This document shows positions 40,670 through 53,052 of a stretch of 64,000 nt of DNA, one piece after another (positions within the stretch are counted from its first letter, which is position 1; each line of letters begins with the position of its first letter). The stretch comes from Anolis carolinensis (Eukaryota). A model generated the notes under the pieces. That model did not search any database, had not been told where the DNA came from, and saw only the letters and a program-made list of their open reading frames with translations. The DNA lies in NCBI RefSeq assembly GCF_035594765.1, contig NC_085842.1, positions 270,367,749-270,431,748 on the forward strand, written 5' to 3'. The position numbers and the translations under genes were made by a program.

Positions 40670-40755
40670 GGCCCCATCTATGCTGCCATATAAAGCAGTT
40701 CAATGTTGTTAAACTGCATCATGAAATCACATTATATGGCAGTATAGATGGGGCC
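40670..40755. mobile_element. PIF/Harbinger-like MITE, 86 bp
   Basis: 24-bp TIR GGCCCCATCTATGCTGCCATATAA / TTATATGGCAGTATAGATGGGGCC (1 mismatch). 3-bp AGT repeated on both flanks. Confidence 0.75.
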
Positions 40756-41601
40756 AGTATTTTGACAAACATGCATGAACATTCTATATATTGTCTGATG
40801 CACTCTGTTTAAAACTAAAGTTCTCTGATTTCTGTTTGTTATCTTAGTTCTTATTTATTGTTATTCCGCAGTCTAGTTTTATTGTTTGCCAAAATTACAG
40901 ATGACTTTCTATTGAGGTATAAATGTTAAAGCTTTAGATCCTGCTTCCTGAACTGTTCCAATTATTTCCTGTATGGACTTGTTTGGTAACCATGTCTTGA
41001 GGCTGTAGTTGTGCTGTAACTGGACTTAAAATCTGCTGGAACAGCTTTGGTTTTTAACCTTAAGCCCCAAGTCATGTCAGAGGTCATACTGCAACCAACC
41101 CAAGAGGGTGAATCATGAAGCAAGGAGTATACAGTTTCTTAAAGATGTGACCCTCCTCTGTTTGGGCACTTGGAGACTTTAATATAATGATCAAGCTTAA
41201 CAGCTTGTAAAAGCACAAACAGCTTGAGGTTAGCCATGTTAAACAAATGGCTAGCTCACATTTCTTTGTCCCTATCAGATTTATAACCCAATATCCAAAT
41301 GAGAACTTGGGAGGGGGATAGGAAAAAAAGATTAGTGAACTGATAATGACAGCAGATCCTTGGTCATACAAAATTTGGAAAAAGAAATTTAGCTATCACA
41401 GTTTTACATCTTCATTGGTTTGTGTGTGCAAAACTGGGCTTCTGTTTTAAAAAGTTGGAATTCCTTTATTGCAACCAAGTAATGATTTTGAAAATGACCA
41501 TTGTTGGTCAAAAAAATCATTTAAAATATTTGTGTCCGTGTATGAATATTCATCCTTATGAAGCAGTTCATATCTAGAATGAATCTTTATATAGAGAATT
41601 A

Positions 41602-42284
41602 CCATATGTAATTGTGTATAAACTGACCTCATAGAAGGGCAGGTTTTGGGGCCCAATTATTGATTTTGATATGAGCCGTGGATAAATAGAGTATTTTTCT
41701 TTCCTTTCAAAAATATTTAGGAAGAGCTAAAGAGATGAGGATCTTGTTTATTTGTGAAAGGAAAAAAGGGGGAGAAGAGCAATGAAACTAACCTGTACTA
41801 TTAGGGATCCACCATGAATATAGTGATAAGAGATGTTCCTCTTGGTGTGGTGAAGCATGAAAGCAGCCTTTTAATTCCATTATTCCTCTGTTGCCCAAAC
41901 TGGAAAAAGAAAGCCAGCCCTTCCTTTCCCACCTTCCTTTTCAGCTTGACTAGTGTTCTACTATGTGGGGGAGCCCAAAAAATGCAATGCACTCACTATT
42001 TTGTGATGCTTTGGGGCAGAGTGGCAGTGGCCATTTTTCATAGGGGCTTGCTGCATAAACTTCAGTTGTCAAGCCTTGGGAGACTTAGACAGTAAGCCTT
42101 TATTAAAAATAGTTGCCACCAGTCTGCTCTACTTCAAGTGTTCGAAATGGTGGTGAGTAGAGAACACCCTGCTCATTGAGCAATTGTCAGCATCTGTTTC
42201 TGGCTCTGACCCATGGATATGTTGACTCAGCTTTTTGGGATCAAGGTTTTCCCCATTTTTTCCATCATATATACGAGTATATGG
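41602..42284. mobile_element. Old non-autonomous Tc2/pogo-like DNA element
   Basis: TA-flanked ends CCATAT...GTATAAACTGACC and TATATACGAGTATATGG. Subterminal regions resemble 57313-57695. Confidence 0.55.
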
Positions 42285-43020
42285 TATGCATGAAGATTCA
42301 GAGTGTTAAACCTTGGTGAATTCCTTTGATATTGGTCACTTCTCCAATTCATATCATGTTGTTGCAATTTTTGTTGTGTGCTTTATTACTGGAAGATGGG
42401 AGGATGAGAGGGCTTGGGAATGAATAAGGGTCAGGTAGACTAATTTGTGTTTTTAGCTGTGCTATGATATATTTCCTGGCTGTACTTTTACTGCCAAAAT
42501 TATGGTGTTGAGAGAGTACGCTTCTATCTAAAGGAAATGCACATCAACACTTTTGGTCTTGAAAAAATGGTAATGATAAATTATGTTTGAGGTATGAGGA
42601 ACAATGGCAGTATTCATGATGATTTTTTGTTTGGACAGACATCTGGAATAATGAAGCTACTATATTTTTTATCTGGGAAATATTTGAAATCTTGACCTCT
42701 CTCTCTGTTCTATCTTGTTGTTAGCTATAAAATGCTTATGTGCTAAAATCCTTTAGAAATTTTATTTTTCAGTGCACGATAACAGGAGTAGAACAGCTAA
42801 CTGTTTAGGCCAAGTAGTGTCTTCCATCAGGATTCTGCAATAAGTAGGTACACTGTATGATTTTACCAAGGATAGTGAGGTTGTCATAAAAAGACATTAG
42901 TGTATTCACACCTAGTTACTTTCTTTACACTGTATTAAAATACAGTACTTTTTAAAATTGTCAATATTTAAAACAGGAAGTGTGTGAGTCTATGTGTTTG
43001 TGTCAGAGAGGAGGGGTGAG

Positions 43021-45445
43021 TAGGTGACCAGTCCTACTCATCGAGCTGGACACACCCTGGACTTGATTTTTAGTATTGGAATACAAATGACTTTATCTTC
43101 AGTTTTAGAGATTCCTTGGTCTGATCATTACATCCAGAGCACTCAAATAAAAAGTGCGCCACCACAGCGTCCGGAGACTGAACAAATTTTTGCGTGGCCG
43201 AGGAAGCTGATGGATCCTATTAGACTTTTGAGTGTCCTTAAAGAACTGGATTACACAGCCAATTCTCTACATGAACGGGTGGAAAATTGGAATAAAAATC
43301 TATCAACTGCCTTAGATATAGTTGCCCCTAAATGGGCTTTTTGCCCTTGCCGGAATAGATCTCCGTGGTTCACGGATGCATTACATCAGATGAAACTTGA
43401 GCGGAAGAGATCAGAACGTAAATGGCGCAAGTAACCTGATGAAACATCGAAGTCAGCTCTCGAAACACATCAGAAAATCTACAAAGCAGCCACCAGAGAG
43501 GCCAAAAAAGAATATAATTCCTCACTGATAGCTCCCACCAGATCTCGACCTGCTCAAATATTTAAAATTGTTCGTAACATCATAAATTCAACCCATCCAG
43601 CCAAAGATATGGCCAGTCAAGATATTACAGCAGAGACCTTTCAGAGCCACTTCATAAATAAGATCAATCTGCTTCGTGAAGGGCTACCTCCCACAGAGGA
43701 CACATTGAGGGAACTAGAAGCTTTCTGGCCATCTAGTGACAAACTTCTAGAACTTTTTGTGCCATTAGAAATGGAAGATCTGGAAAAGACTCTACCTGCA
43801 GCAAAACCAACTACCTGCTCCCTCGACCCTTGCCCCACCCGGTTGGTTAAGGAGTGCTGGGAGGGACTACGAGATCCCTTAAGGAACATCATTAACAGCT
43901 CCTTGGAACAAGGAATTTTCCCAGAGTGTCTTAAAGAAGCAGTGGTTCACCCTCTTCTGAAAAAACCAAGTCTAGACGCTGCCATACCTAGTAACTACCA
44001 CCCAGTTTCAAACCTTCCGTTTTTGAGCAAGGTGATTAACGGACAGTGGCGGGACAGCTACAGCAATTATTAGATGAGACTGCGGGCTTCGACCCCTTTC
44101 AATCAGGCTTTCATTCAGGTCATGGGACAGAGATTGTCTTGGTAGCTATTACTGACAAAATTCGTTGTCAGTTAGACTGGGGTGGATCAGCGCTATTGGT
44201 ACTCTTGGACCTTACAGCTGCACTCGACACCATGGACCATGACTTGCTGATCCATCGATTGGCTATTTCTGATGTACGAGGTTTAGCTCTTAAATGGTTC
44301 AATTCGTTTCTCCGGGACCAGAGACAGAGGGTGGAGTAGTTAGGCCAAAGCTCTGACAGCTCCTGCCTTTGCTGTGGAGTTCCCCAGGGTGCTGTTATTT
44401 AACATCTACGTCCGACCACTTGCTGGACTAGTGTGGAGCTTTGGCATAGAGTGCTACCAGTATGCAGATGATACCTAGCTACTCTTGCATCTCGAACCTG
44501 GGACAACCACGATTCCTGAGAGCTTTAAGCTGTGTTTGGAAGCAGTGATGAGTTGGCTGCGAGCGAGTAGACTAAAAGTGAATCCCGCAAAAACTGAGAT
44601 ACCCTGGCCCGGCCAGCCACCAGAGTTAATCCAGTCACTGCCTGATTTTGATGGGGAAGTTCTGGTTCCGTCTGCTACTGTTAAAAGCCTTGGGGTTATG
44701 TTGGACTCATTGCTGACAATGGAGGCCCAGATCACTGCCATAAGTAAGCAGGCCTTTTTTCACCTTTGCCAGGCAAGGAAATTGGCATCCTACCTATCGA
44801 CAGAAGCATTGGCAACGGTAATCCATGCAACAGTCATCACTAGGTTGGATTATTGTAATGCCTTATATGTCGGCCTTCTAAAGACAAAAACCCAGAAGAT
44901 CCGAATGGTCCAAAATGCGGTGGCCAGGGTGCTAGCGGGATCATCTATAGGATTCCATATTACACCGATTCTGAAACAACTGCATTGGCTACCAATAGAA
45001 CATCGGATCTCTTACAAGATACTGATGCTGACATTTAAAGCTCGAAATGGCCAAGGACCATTATATCTTAGGGACCGCCTCATTCCTTTTTTTCATCAGT
45101 GGTCACCTCGACCCTCCCAGGAAAATCTCCTATATGTACTGGGCCCTAGAGAGGTACGCCTGGAAGCTACAAGGTGTAGAGCCTTTTCGACCTATGCTCC
45201 AATTCTGTGGAACTCATTGCCTCCATATGTTAGAGCAATGTCGGAGTTGCGACCTTTTGTAAAAGCGTTCAAGACTTGGCTGTTTGGTTGTGCATTTAAG
45301 TAATTTAGATCTAATTTGCCAAATAGTCACTGTTGAATGTTTTTATGTTGAATGTTTTTATATTGTGGAATATTTTAAATTGTAAGTCGCTCGGAGCACT
45401 CTGGTGGAGAGCGACTAATTAAGAAATAAGTGAAGTGAACTGAAG
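43021..45445 (+). mobile_element. L2 LINE, 5'-truncated, ORF2 disrupted (end of APE endonuclease, RT, C-terminus, 3' UTR)
   Basis: PTHRAGHTLDLIF...WSDH (APE), CSLDPCP, PLLKKPSLD...NYHPVSNLPFLSK, QSGF...TE, LLDLTAALDT, GVPQG, YADDT* at 44461, LKVNPAKTE, RLDYCN, LHWLP, KTWLF. Tail TAAGTCGCTCGGAGCACTCTGGTGGAGAGCGAC. Several stops and frameshifts. Confidence 0.95.
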
Positions 45446-47898
45446 AAGAAAGAGCACATATCTCTAAACACATAATTTCTTGTTACAAACTGAAGAGCAT
45501 AAATGTTAAGATACTGTTTTTGCTGATGTCTCATGCAAAAGAGCACATTTTTATCACCATTCTTCTTGGCTAATGATTAAGTCCTGGCTTTGTGTGACAT
45601 GTTGACATTATTGAAGAGATGGCCCTTTTATCACTCCTCAATATCATATTGTGCTCACTGTTTAAATTCTTTTAAATATTTAAAGGGCCAATAACTTGTA
45701 CTAAGTAATTTCACATGAATTTGCGAGATTTCCATCCTAAATACATTAATGAACTTTGGAAAGGTATAGGCATTGGTGCCTGGATTGCATATTTTTGATA
45801 GGGCGAAAGGTACATATTTTGGTGTTTGTGCTCTGCTTTACTTGAAGTTAAAGTATTCCTGCTGTAATGGGATTTCATTCTCAATAGGTGTCCATAGGAT
45901 TATTTGTTCAAGAACCTGATTTTTGTTTTTCCCCCCTGAATGCAAAGACTTATTAACTGTGAGTTATGCTTCCCCTCACACTATTTTCTTTGTGCTGCCT
46001 GCTTGAAGGGTGCTGAGCAGCTGTTAGTTGCAGTCAGTGCAGTTCAGAAGCTCTTTAGCAGTTAAACAGCTGGTTACCACTATAGAAAAAGATAGTAGCT
46101 GGTCACTCATCCAGCACTTGGGATGTTTTGACAGATCCAAGTATGTATTGAGTTTAACTGATAGTCAGATTTTGACAGGTGCCGTTATATAAAAAGAATG
46201 CTTTGACTCTTGAGAGTGTGAAAGGTTTGCCCTTTTACTCAAAGAGATGCCACTCTCTGGAGTCATGATTTCACTATAAAAACCCTGTTCTGGTAGATTT
46301 ATATGAGCACTGGTTATATATGGGTCCATTGGTTTTTTTTTTTAATATATCAGCCATTCTGAAGTTCTTTTTAATGGAAAATCTGGACAGTTTAAGGTGA
46401 TTACTGCTTTGTGAAAATTTCCCAACTAGACAAAAGTTTCCATAAGATATCATTGTATGTGCAAAAATAATAACAAAAACATATTTGGATAAAATATACA
46501 TCCCAATTGCAAGACTAATGCTATTTGTGGTGCTTCTCTCAAGCTGCTTTTTGTGCTGTTGTTGCTCTAACTACTCCTACCCAGTGATACCATGAAAGAG
46601 GAGAAACAGATGGAAATGATTGGAAGAAACTTCAGTGGCTTCAGATATTTTCATAGGGTATCTGACTAGATGAGGAGAGAGTTTAACAGTGCGATGACTT
46701 TATTAACAGAAAATAATGAAATAGCTCTGTTAGGCAATCAGTTTTAAGAATATTAGTCATTTATGAACCAGTGTGTTGACTAATAAGTCAGTTCTTCATT
46801 TAACCTTTGCATTGCATATTAATGATTTGTGGTCTTACTGAACTGTTTTAATTATATTCCCACCTCTGACATTTTGCTCATTATAGCTCATTTATAGCAC
46901 GTAACAATCCTGAATTGGGCACAGGCAGATAATTCTTTGGTTCATTCCCACATGTAAATCAAGCAATAAATACCACAGTGTACAAAGGTGTACAAAGCTG
47001 TCTAAGGAGTTGTTAAATGTCTTTGTCGCAGGTGAAAAGATTCTCTTCAGGACACTGACAGGTGGCTGGCTTTTTGTCCTATTGTACTTAACATCTAGAA
47101 CCAGAACTAAAACTACAAATGTATAAAATTAAATTATATTTCCAATTTTATAAATCTGGTTAACATATGAATTGGTGTTCTAGCACCAGTCTCTTAAAGG
47201 GTTTGCTTCTCCTTATTTCCACGCAGAAAATCTCCAAAGTAGGGCTTTTGACTTTCAGGTTTTATTGTTCAATATAAGAAAAATTTGAAGGAAACTATTG
47301 CCTCTTGCCTGAGCTAAATGACACACCTTAATTGCTGCTGAATGTCAACTTCTTTATAAACTAAGGGAAAGTTTTAAAAGCATCTTAGATGTTCTGAGTT
47401 GGCAGATACGAAGGAAGCATTTCAGATAATCTGAGAAGCATTTTGTGAGAAGTCTTTCTGATCAGAATGGTTTCAGATTCAGAATAGTGTTTGTCATGTT
47501 TAGTTTTTTAAATCTTGAACAGTTTGTCATTTTGAAAAGCAAAGGATTGTTGGATTTATTTTGTCCTGTTCAGGACCAAAAAACCTAGCATGTAGAGTGG
47601 AAGCAATGCATTGGGTCCAAAGACTTTTTGTCCTAGAATATTATACCAGAATAACATTTGAGATAGTTGTGGTCCATAAACACAGTGATTGTTCTAAACA
47701 ATATGAGATTCCATGTTTTTTATAGATCCATAGTTCATACTGTGTCTTTCTAAACAATCCACGTCCTCCAAATGATCTCTAATTGATCAATGGGAGTACC
47801 AGTCTTTTATGAAAAAATAATTTATGCCAACTGCCAAATAAAATACTTGTGCTTATCTTGGAAAATTAACACAACATATTCACAACCAGGAACTGATT

Positions 47899-48193
47899 AG
47901 GTAAAGGTAAGGTTTTCTCCTGACATTAAGTCTAGTCGTGTCTGGGGGTTGGTGCTCATCTCCATTTCTAGGCCGAAGAGCCGCCATTGTCCATAGACAC
48001 CTCCAAGATCATGTGTCCAGCATAACTTCATGAAGTGCCATTACCTTCCTGCCAGAGCGGTACCTATTGATCTACTCACATTTGCATGTTTTCGAACTGC
48101 TAGGTTGGCAGAAACTGGGGCTAACAGCAGGAGCTCACCCTGCTCCCTGGATTCGAACAGGCATCCTTTCGGTTAGCAAGTTCATCAGCTCAG
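47899..48193 (-). mobile_element. Sauria SINE, lacking about 30 nt of the head
   Basis: Same body and GGTAAAGGT tail as the other copies. No TSD seen. Confidence 0.93.
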
Positions 48194-49140
48194 TTTCTAT
48201 TGATCAAGTTTCTGAGCAGCTGAACTAATGTTCATTTTAGTAGCAGTTTGCACTTTGTTTCATTTAGTGTGGATTTTGCCTGATATAAAGCTTCACTGTG
48301 CAGCTAAAGTATACATATGTAATTTGTTTATATCCTGCCTTTTTCCCAGCAGAGGAAAATAAAGTTTTAAAAAGCATCTTTCATCTCAGGTTGTTTCACA
48401 TGTTTTACAACATTGAGATGAGCTCTGTGGAAAAACTGGCTAAACAGCCATCTAGTAATAAAATCTAACTTTATCTTTCAGCACCTACGGAATTTGGAAA
48501 GCAAATACACTGACTAGTTCAATAGGTGAAGTACAGTTTCATAGGTTTTCAACACTTAGTGATGCATAGTTTTTGTGATGTGGATTTCTTATTATGGAGA
48601 ATTTTATTATAGAGGAAATAATGACTTAAGGAACTTGTATGAGTCCCAGTTTTTAACACATTTCAGAATGTCAAGATAAGTAAAAATGGTGGGTTAGTTA
48701 AACATGAAAGGAAGTTTTTATGAAAATCTGTATATATATTACACACCTACTAGCAAATTGCGAAATACCAGAGCTGTGTGGCAGGCTTATACACCCTAAT
48801 CAGATCATCTTTGCTACAAACCTAAGGTGCTCATTCCCATTTTAGAGATGAAGAATCTGAAATGAAGAACATCATCCTCAACAATCTGGGGTGAACATGG
48901 ACACATCAGGAGAAAATACAGTGTTTTAGCCATGCACCTTGGCAACTGATTGAGGAATAGGATTGGTGTGTAGTTTCCATTAATTGTGTTATTTGTGTAA
49001 ATATTTACCATTCATCATATTTCTCCAAGCATTGAGTGGCTAGGATTCTTTAATTTTTCAAGCTGCAAAATGTGTTTCACTCTAACTTGTATAAGGGATA
49101 GGGAAATAGCCAATTAACTAGGATTAATTTTATATGTTTG

Positions 49141-49358
49141 GCCTGAATACCCTAAAGGCATCAGATCATGTATGATCTTGGAAGCTAAGTGGAGTTTCTA
49201 TTTGGATGGAAGACCACCAATGAATACCAGGTGTTGCTTGATATATTTCAGAGTAAGGAATTGATAAAGTATTCCTTGCCTAAGAAAACCCTATAAAATA
49301 TATGGGGTCACCATATGTTGGCAGACCTGGAAACACACTCACTCACTCACACACACAC
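49141..49358 (+). mobile_element. 5S rRNA-derived SINE, copy 3
   Basis: GATCATGTATGATCTTGGAAGCTAAG...TTGGATGGAAGACCACCAATGAATACCAGGTG (5S-like), then AGTATTCCTTGCCTAAGAAAACCC...ATGGGGTCACC and a (CA)n tail. Confidence 0.8.
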
Positions 49359-49587
49359 AATTTCACATGGAGGATTATTGAGGAAAGATTAATAAATATA
49401 GGAAAATGAGGCAAAGTAGAGACCAGAGGCATGAAGGCTAAATGAAGGCCACAGAATAGACATTGGACTTAAAAACAAATCCAAATTGGAGTTCAGAGAA
49501 AAAACAGAAAAGAGGAGAGGAGGCAGGGAATTGAAGTAGGAAAGACTTAATCAGGAACAGGCTGCAAAGAGACTTCACAGTGCTGTG

Positions 49588-49725
49588 ATAGAATCATAGC
49601 ATCAGAGTTGGAAGAGACCACAAGAGCCACGCAAACCACAGCAATGCAGGAACACTCAATCAAAGCACTTCTGGCAGATGTCCGTTCAAAAACACCCAGA
49701 AAAGGAGACTCCACCATGATCCATA
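49588..49725 (-). mobile_element. CR1 LINE 3' end fragment
   Basis: ATAGAATCATAG (reverse of the ATTCTATG terminal repeat), GAGTTGGAAGAGACC, CAATCAAAGCACT, GGAGACTCCACCA. Confidence 0.7.
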
Positions 49726-50132
49726 GGTGAGCTTACGCTTTGCAAAGGCAGAAGAAACACCAGAAGACATTTGATTGAGTTGGCTTAAGAAAACTGATAT
49801 TTAACTTAAGGGGAAATGAGAACGAGGAAAACATGAGTTGTAGAGACATCTAAAGATTCGGCCAAAACTATACACAGAGCCTGTGTACTTTCCTCCACAT
49901 GAACCTCACCAGCAGATGTCTTAAGTTATTTATAGGCAGTTCACAGAGGATATTTATATGGGTCTCCGAAGCCACTGAAATCCCTTACTTTTCCATTCAA
50001 AGTGGTATGAGGCAGCCACTTGTTGGCTTATATGTGAGCAGAACTTGGAGCCCAGTAGGAATTGTGCTTTGAGCGCTATGAATTCTATATGGGCTAGTGT
50101 GAAGTTTTGAATCAGGATTAGTGCAAAATATA

Positions 50133-50328
50133 CAGTGTGACCTCTTATCCACAGATTTGATATACATAGCTTCACTGAAATGTTTGTGGGCATCTCTAGG
50201 TCCTCCAGTGTGATTCTATGGTATACTTCAAACCTAAGTATGTAGTAAATATATTTGCTATTTTCCATGCTTCATGTATCCATAGCAGGCCTTAGAATGC
50301 ATTTCCTGTTAATATGGGGACTGTGCTG
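50133..50328. mobile_element. Old Tigger-like MITE
   Basis: TA|CAGTGTGACCTCTTATCCAC ... ATATGGGGACTGTGCTG|TA; TIRs degenerate. Confidence 0.55.
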
Positions 50329-52242
50329 TAAATATATATGAAGCTTTATGCTACATAGAAGTACATTACATTGCATAGAATGTTTCTAATGTTTGAAGCA
50401 CCTCTGGTTTTAGCAGAGAATCTAAAAATGTGTTTGTCTTGGAGCTGAATCCCACATATCTCTTGAATCCCTTAACGGGATGTTCGCACATTGTCATATT
50501 GGTTCTTGGAGAAGAGCATGCTTTGTGTGTTCTGCGAAGAGATCTTTTTTACTACTTCATCATTTATTATCTATGGCACTTACTAAGGATAGCTGAAGAA
50601 GTTCCGTTTTTCATTTGAGCACTCAGTTTGTTCCTGTTTGACTCTCCTTGTTTGTCATTGCCCGGAGCATCACACGTAGAGTGCAACTACAGTTACATGT
50701 TTGTTTAGGCCTTGGGTGCACAACTGTTTGCTATCAGACCTGCTTAAAGAGACTGATAACTGAATTGTTAAACTTACAATTCAAGCAACTCTTGGTCTAA
50801 GGGGGAATCCAAATTCCCAAATGAAAAATAATTTCAAAATATGTTCTAAAAATGTGGGGAGGGTGGGAAAAGGTTGCATGAAGCATTTTGTTAAATGATT
50901 GTTGTTTCATAATTAGAGCTTTGCTTTCAGTCTGGAAAAATGTGTTCAAAGTAAGATGACATCAATAAATCCTAAATCCTATTGGCAAGCTGTTCTCCAT
51001 ATAAACCGCTCCTTATTTCATAATGTATCTCTGAAACTGAGGCAGCTCTGGGTTGAATAACCCAATCAAAGCAACCAGGTGGCTTGGATCTCTCTTAATG
51101 TACTGCTTCGGACACAATGCATATGTTTCGCAAATATATACTGAATTAGTGAGCTCCTGCTGGAAGCGTTCAGTAAGAACAAGTGATTTGTCTTGCTTAT
51201 GAAAGGCACATATATTTTCCTTCATAGTTGTTTGTCAGTTTGCACATTACTTTATTTATGAATTCAGGAAGGGCAATTGCCATTTTTCAGCTCCTGAGCA
51301 GATGTGCTCCAGACGGTCAAATTGATCACAAGAAATAAATGCAACATTATTACCAGGGTTGGTGGAAGAGATGGCTATTGCAAATCGTATTTTCTTCATT
51401 CTTTCTCCCCCTTTTAATGACTGCTTTCTGTTAAGCTTTCTTTGGGAGGTCAGAATGACTGAAGAAGGTATGGGTTTTCAGAAGCTTTCAGGCACATAGC
51501 TGAGGAAAAGGAGGAAAGCTGGCAAAGGACAATTCCATGAGTGAGCTCTCTTAGTTGTAATCTTTTTGGCAGGGAGGCTGAAAGTAGCATTTAATTCTGT
51601 ATGTCAGTTGAAAGGCCACAAGTGTCAGCCTTTAAGAGTTATTTGCAATTACAACACTCATACCTTGGAAGGTATTTTTAAATTGTCTGTCTCTATAGAT
51701 CAAATGTCTAAAGAGAGGTCATGGAAGGTGGATTAAAATGTTGCAGAAGAACCCTAAACAAGTAATCTATTTTGGAAGAATTCAGCATTAGGCATTAGGC
51801 CAATCCACTACAGATGCTTCAGCTGCTTTGATGTGCTTGTTACCACTAATTTTTGTGTATGTAAGTCAAGAAAAGTATTGTGTGAGGAATACTATCCAAG
51901 ACACAGGTAGTTTTTGATCCACCAGAACCAGTCTCCTAGAATGAGACTCATCATGTCTTCAAGCCTGGAAGTGACCTGTAATTTTTCCTGCCATTTTAAC
52001 TAGTGGGAAAGAAAGTAATAGTGCCTTACACAGCTTGGGAAAATAAGGAAATGTGTGTGTGTGTTTTTTCCAGCTTTCTTAGAACAGTTTAGTAGTACTT
52101 GGATGATACGGTAATTGCAATGTACATTTCCTTTTAAAATTCCTTTAATTTATTTTTAATTTAATTTATTTTTAAATTAACAATTTTCTTTTAAAAATAT
52201 GAGATATCAACATGCCATTGGCAGAGATTATGTTGGAAACCA

Positions 52243-53052
52243 GTTCGTAGATTAAGATCTTCCAGGGAGCTCCTGCTCTTGGCTCCACTGGCCTCACAGG
52301 TGCGGCTGGTGTGGACGAGGGACAGGGCCTTCTTGGTGGTGGCCCCATGGCTATGAAACTCCCTCCTGAGTAGGATCAGGTTGGCCCCCTCCCTCCTGAC
52401 CTTTAGGAGACAGCTAAAGACCTGGCTGTGGAACCAGGCATTGGGCCCATCATAGGAATATTTAAAGTGAAAGTGAAAGTTGAAAGTGCAGTGACCCAGG
52501 ACTCTTTACGGACAATGGCTATGTCTTTGTGTGAGATATGATGTTACTTTATGTGATGTGTTTAATAATGTTTAATGTTTTATTAGGGGAGGGAGAACTT
52601 TGATGTTTTATGCTGTTTTTTATCGAGGGCATTGAATTGTTGCCAACACTGAACCGCCCTGAGTCCCCTTTGGGGTTGAGAAAGGCAGTATATAAATACA
52701 GTAGAGTCTCACTTATCCAAGCCTCGCTTATTCAAGTTTCTGGATTATCCAAGCCATTTTTGTAGTCAGTGTTTTCAATATATCATGATATTTTGGTGCT
52801 AAATTCGTAAATACAGTAATTACAACATAACATTACTGCGTATTGAACTACTTTTTCTGTCAAATGTGTTGTATAACATGATGTTTTGGTGCTTAATTTG
52901 TAAAATCATAACCTAATTTGATGTTTAATAGGCTTTTCCTTAATCTCTCCTTATTATCCAAGATATTTGCTTATCCAAGGTTCTGCTGGCCCGTTTAGCT
53001 TGGATAAGTGAGACTCTACTGTACTGCAAATAAATAAATAAATAAATAAATA
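52243..53052 (+). mobile_element. L2 LINE 3' fragment, tail interrupted by a MITE
   Basis: Translates RLRSSRELLL...RDRAFLVVAPWL*NSL...FRRQLKTWLWNQA. T-rich 3' UTR, stem-loop CCGCCCTGAGTCCCC...GGGGTTGAGAAAGGCAGTATATAAATA, then the MITE, then CTGC(AAAT)n. Confidence 0.9.
52699..53021 (-). mobile_element. Tc1/mariner-superfamily MITE, 323 bp, copy 2 (inverted, variant subfamily)
   Basis: TIR CAGTAGAGTCTCACTTATCCAAG. TA TSD at 52697-52698 and 53022-53023. Has 15 extra bp carrying an additional subterminal motif. Confidence 0.96.

Noticed and set aside
44485-45303. 272-aa ORF as a domesticated gene
   Set aside because: It is the C-terminal part of L2 ORF2, downstream of a stop right after YADD, and starts at a non-ATG codon.
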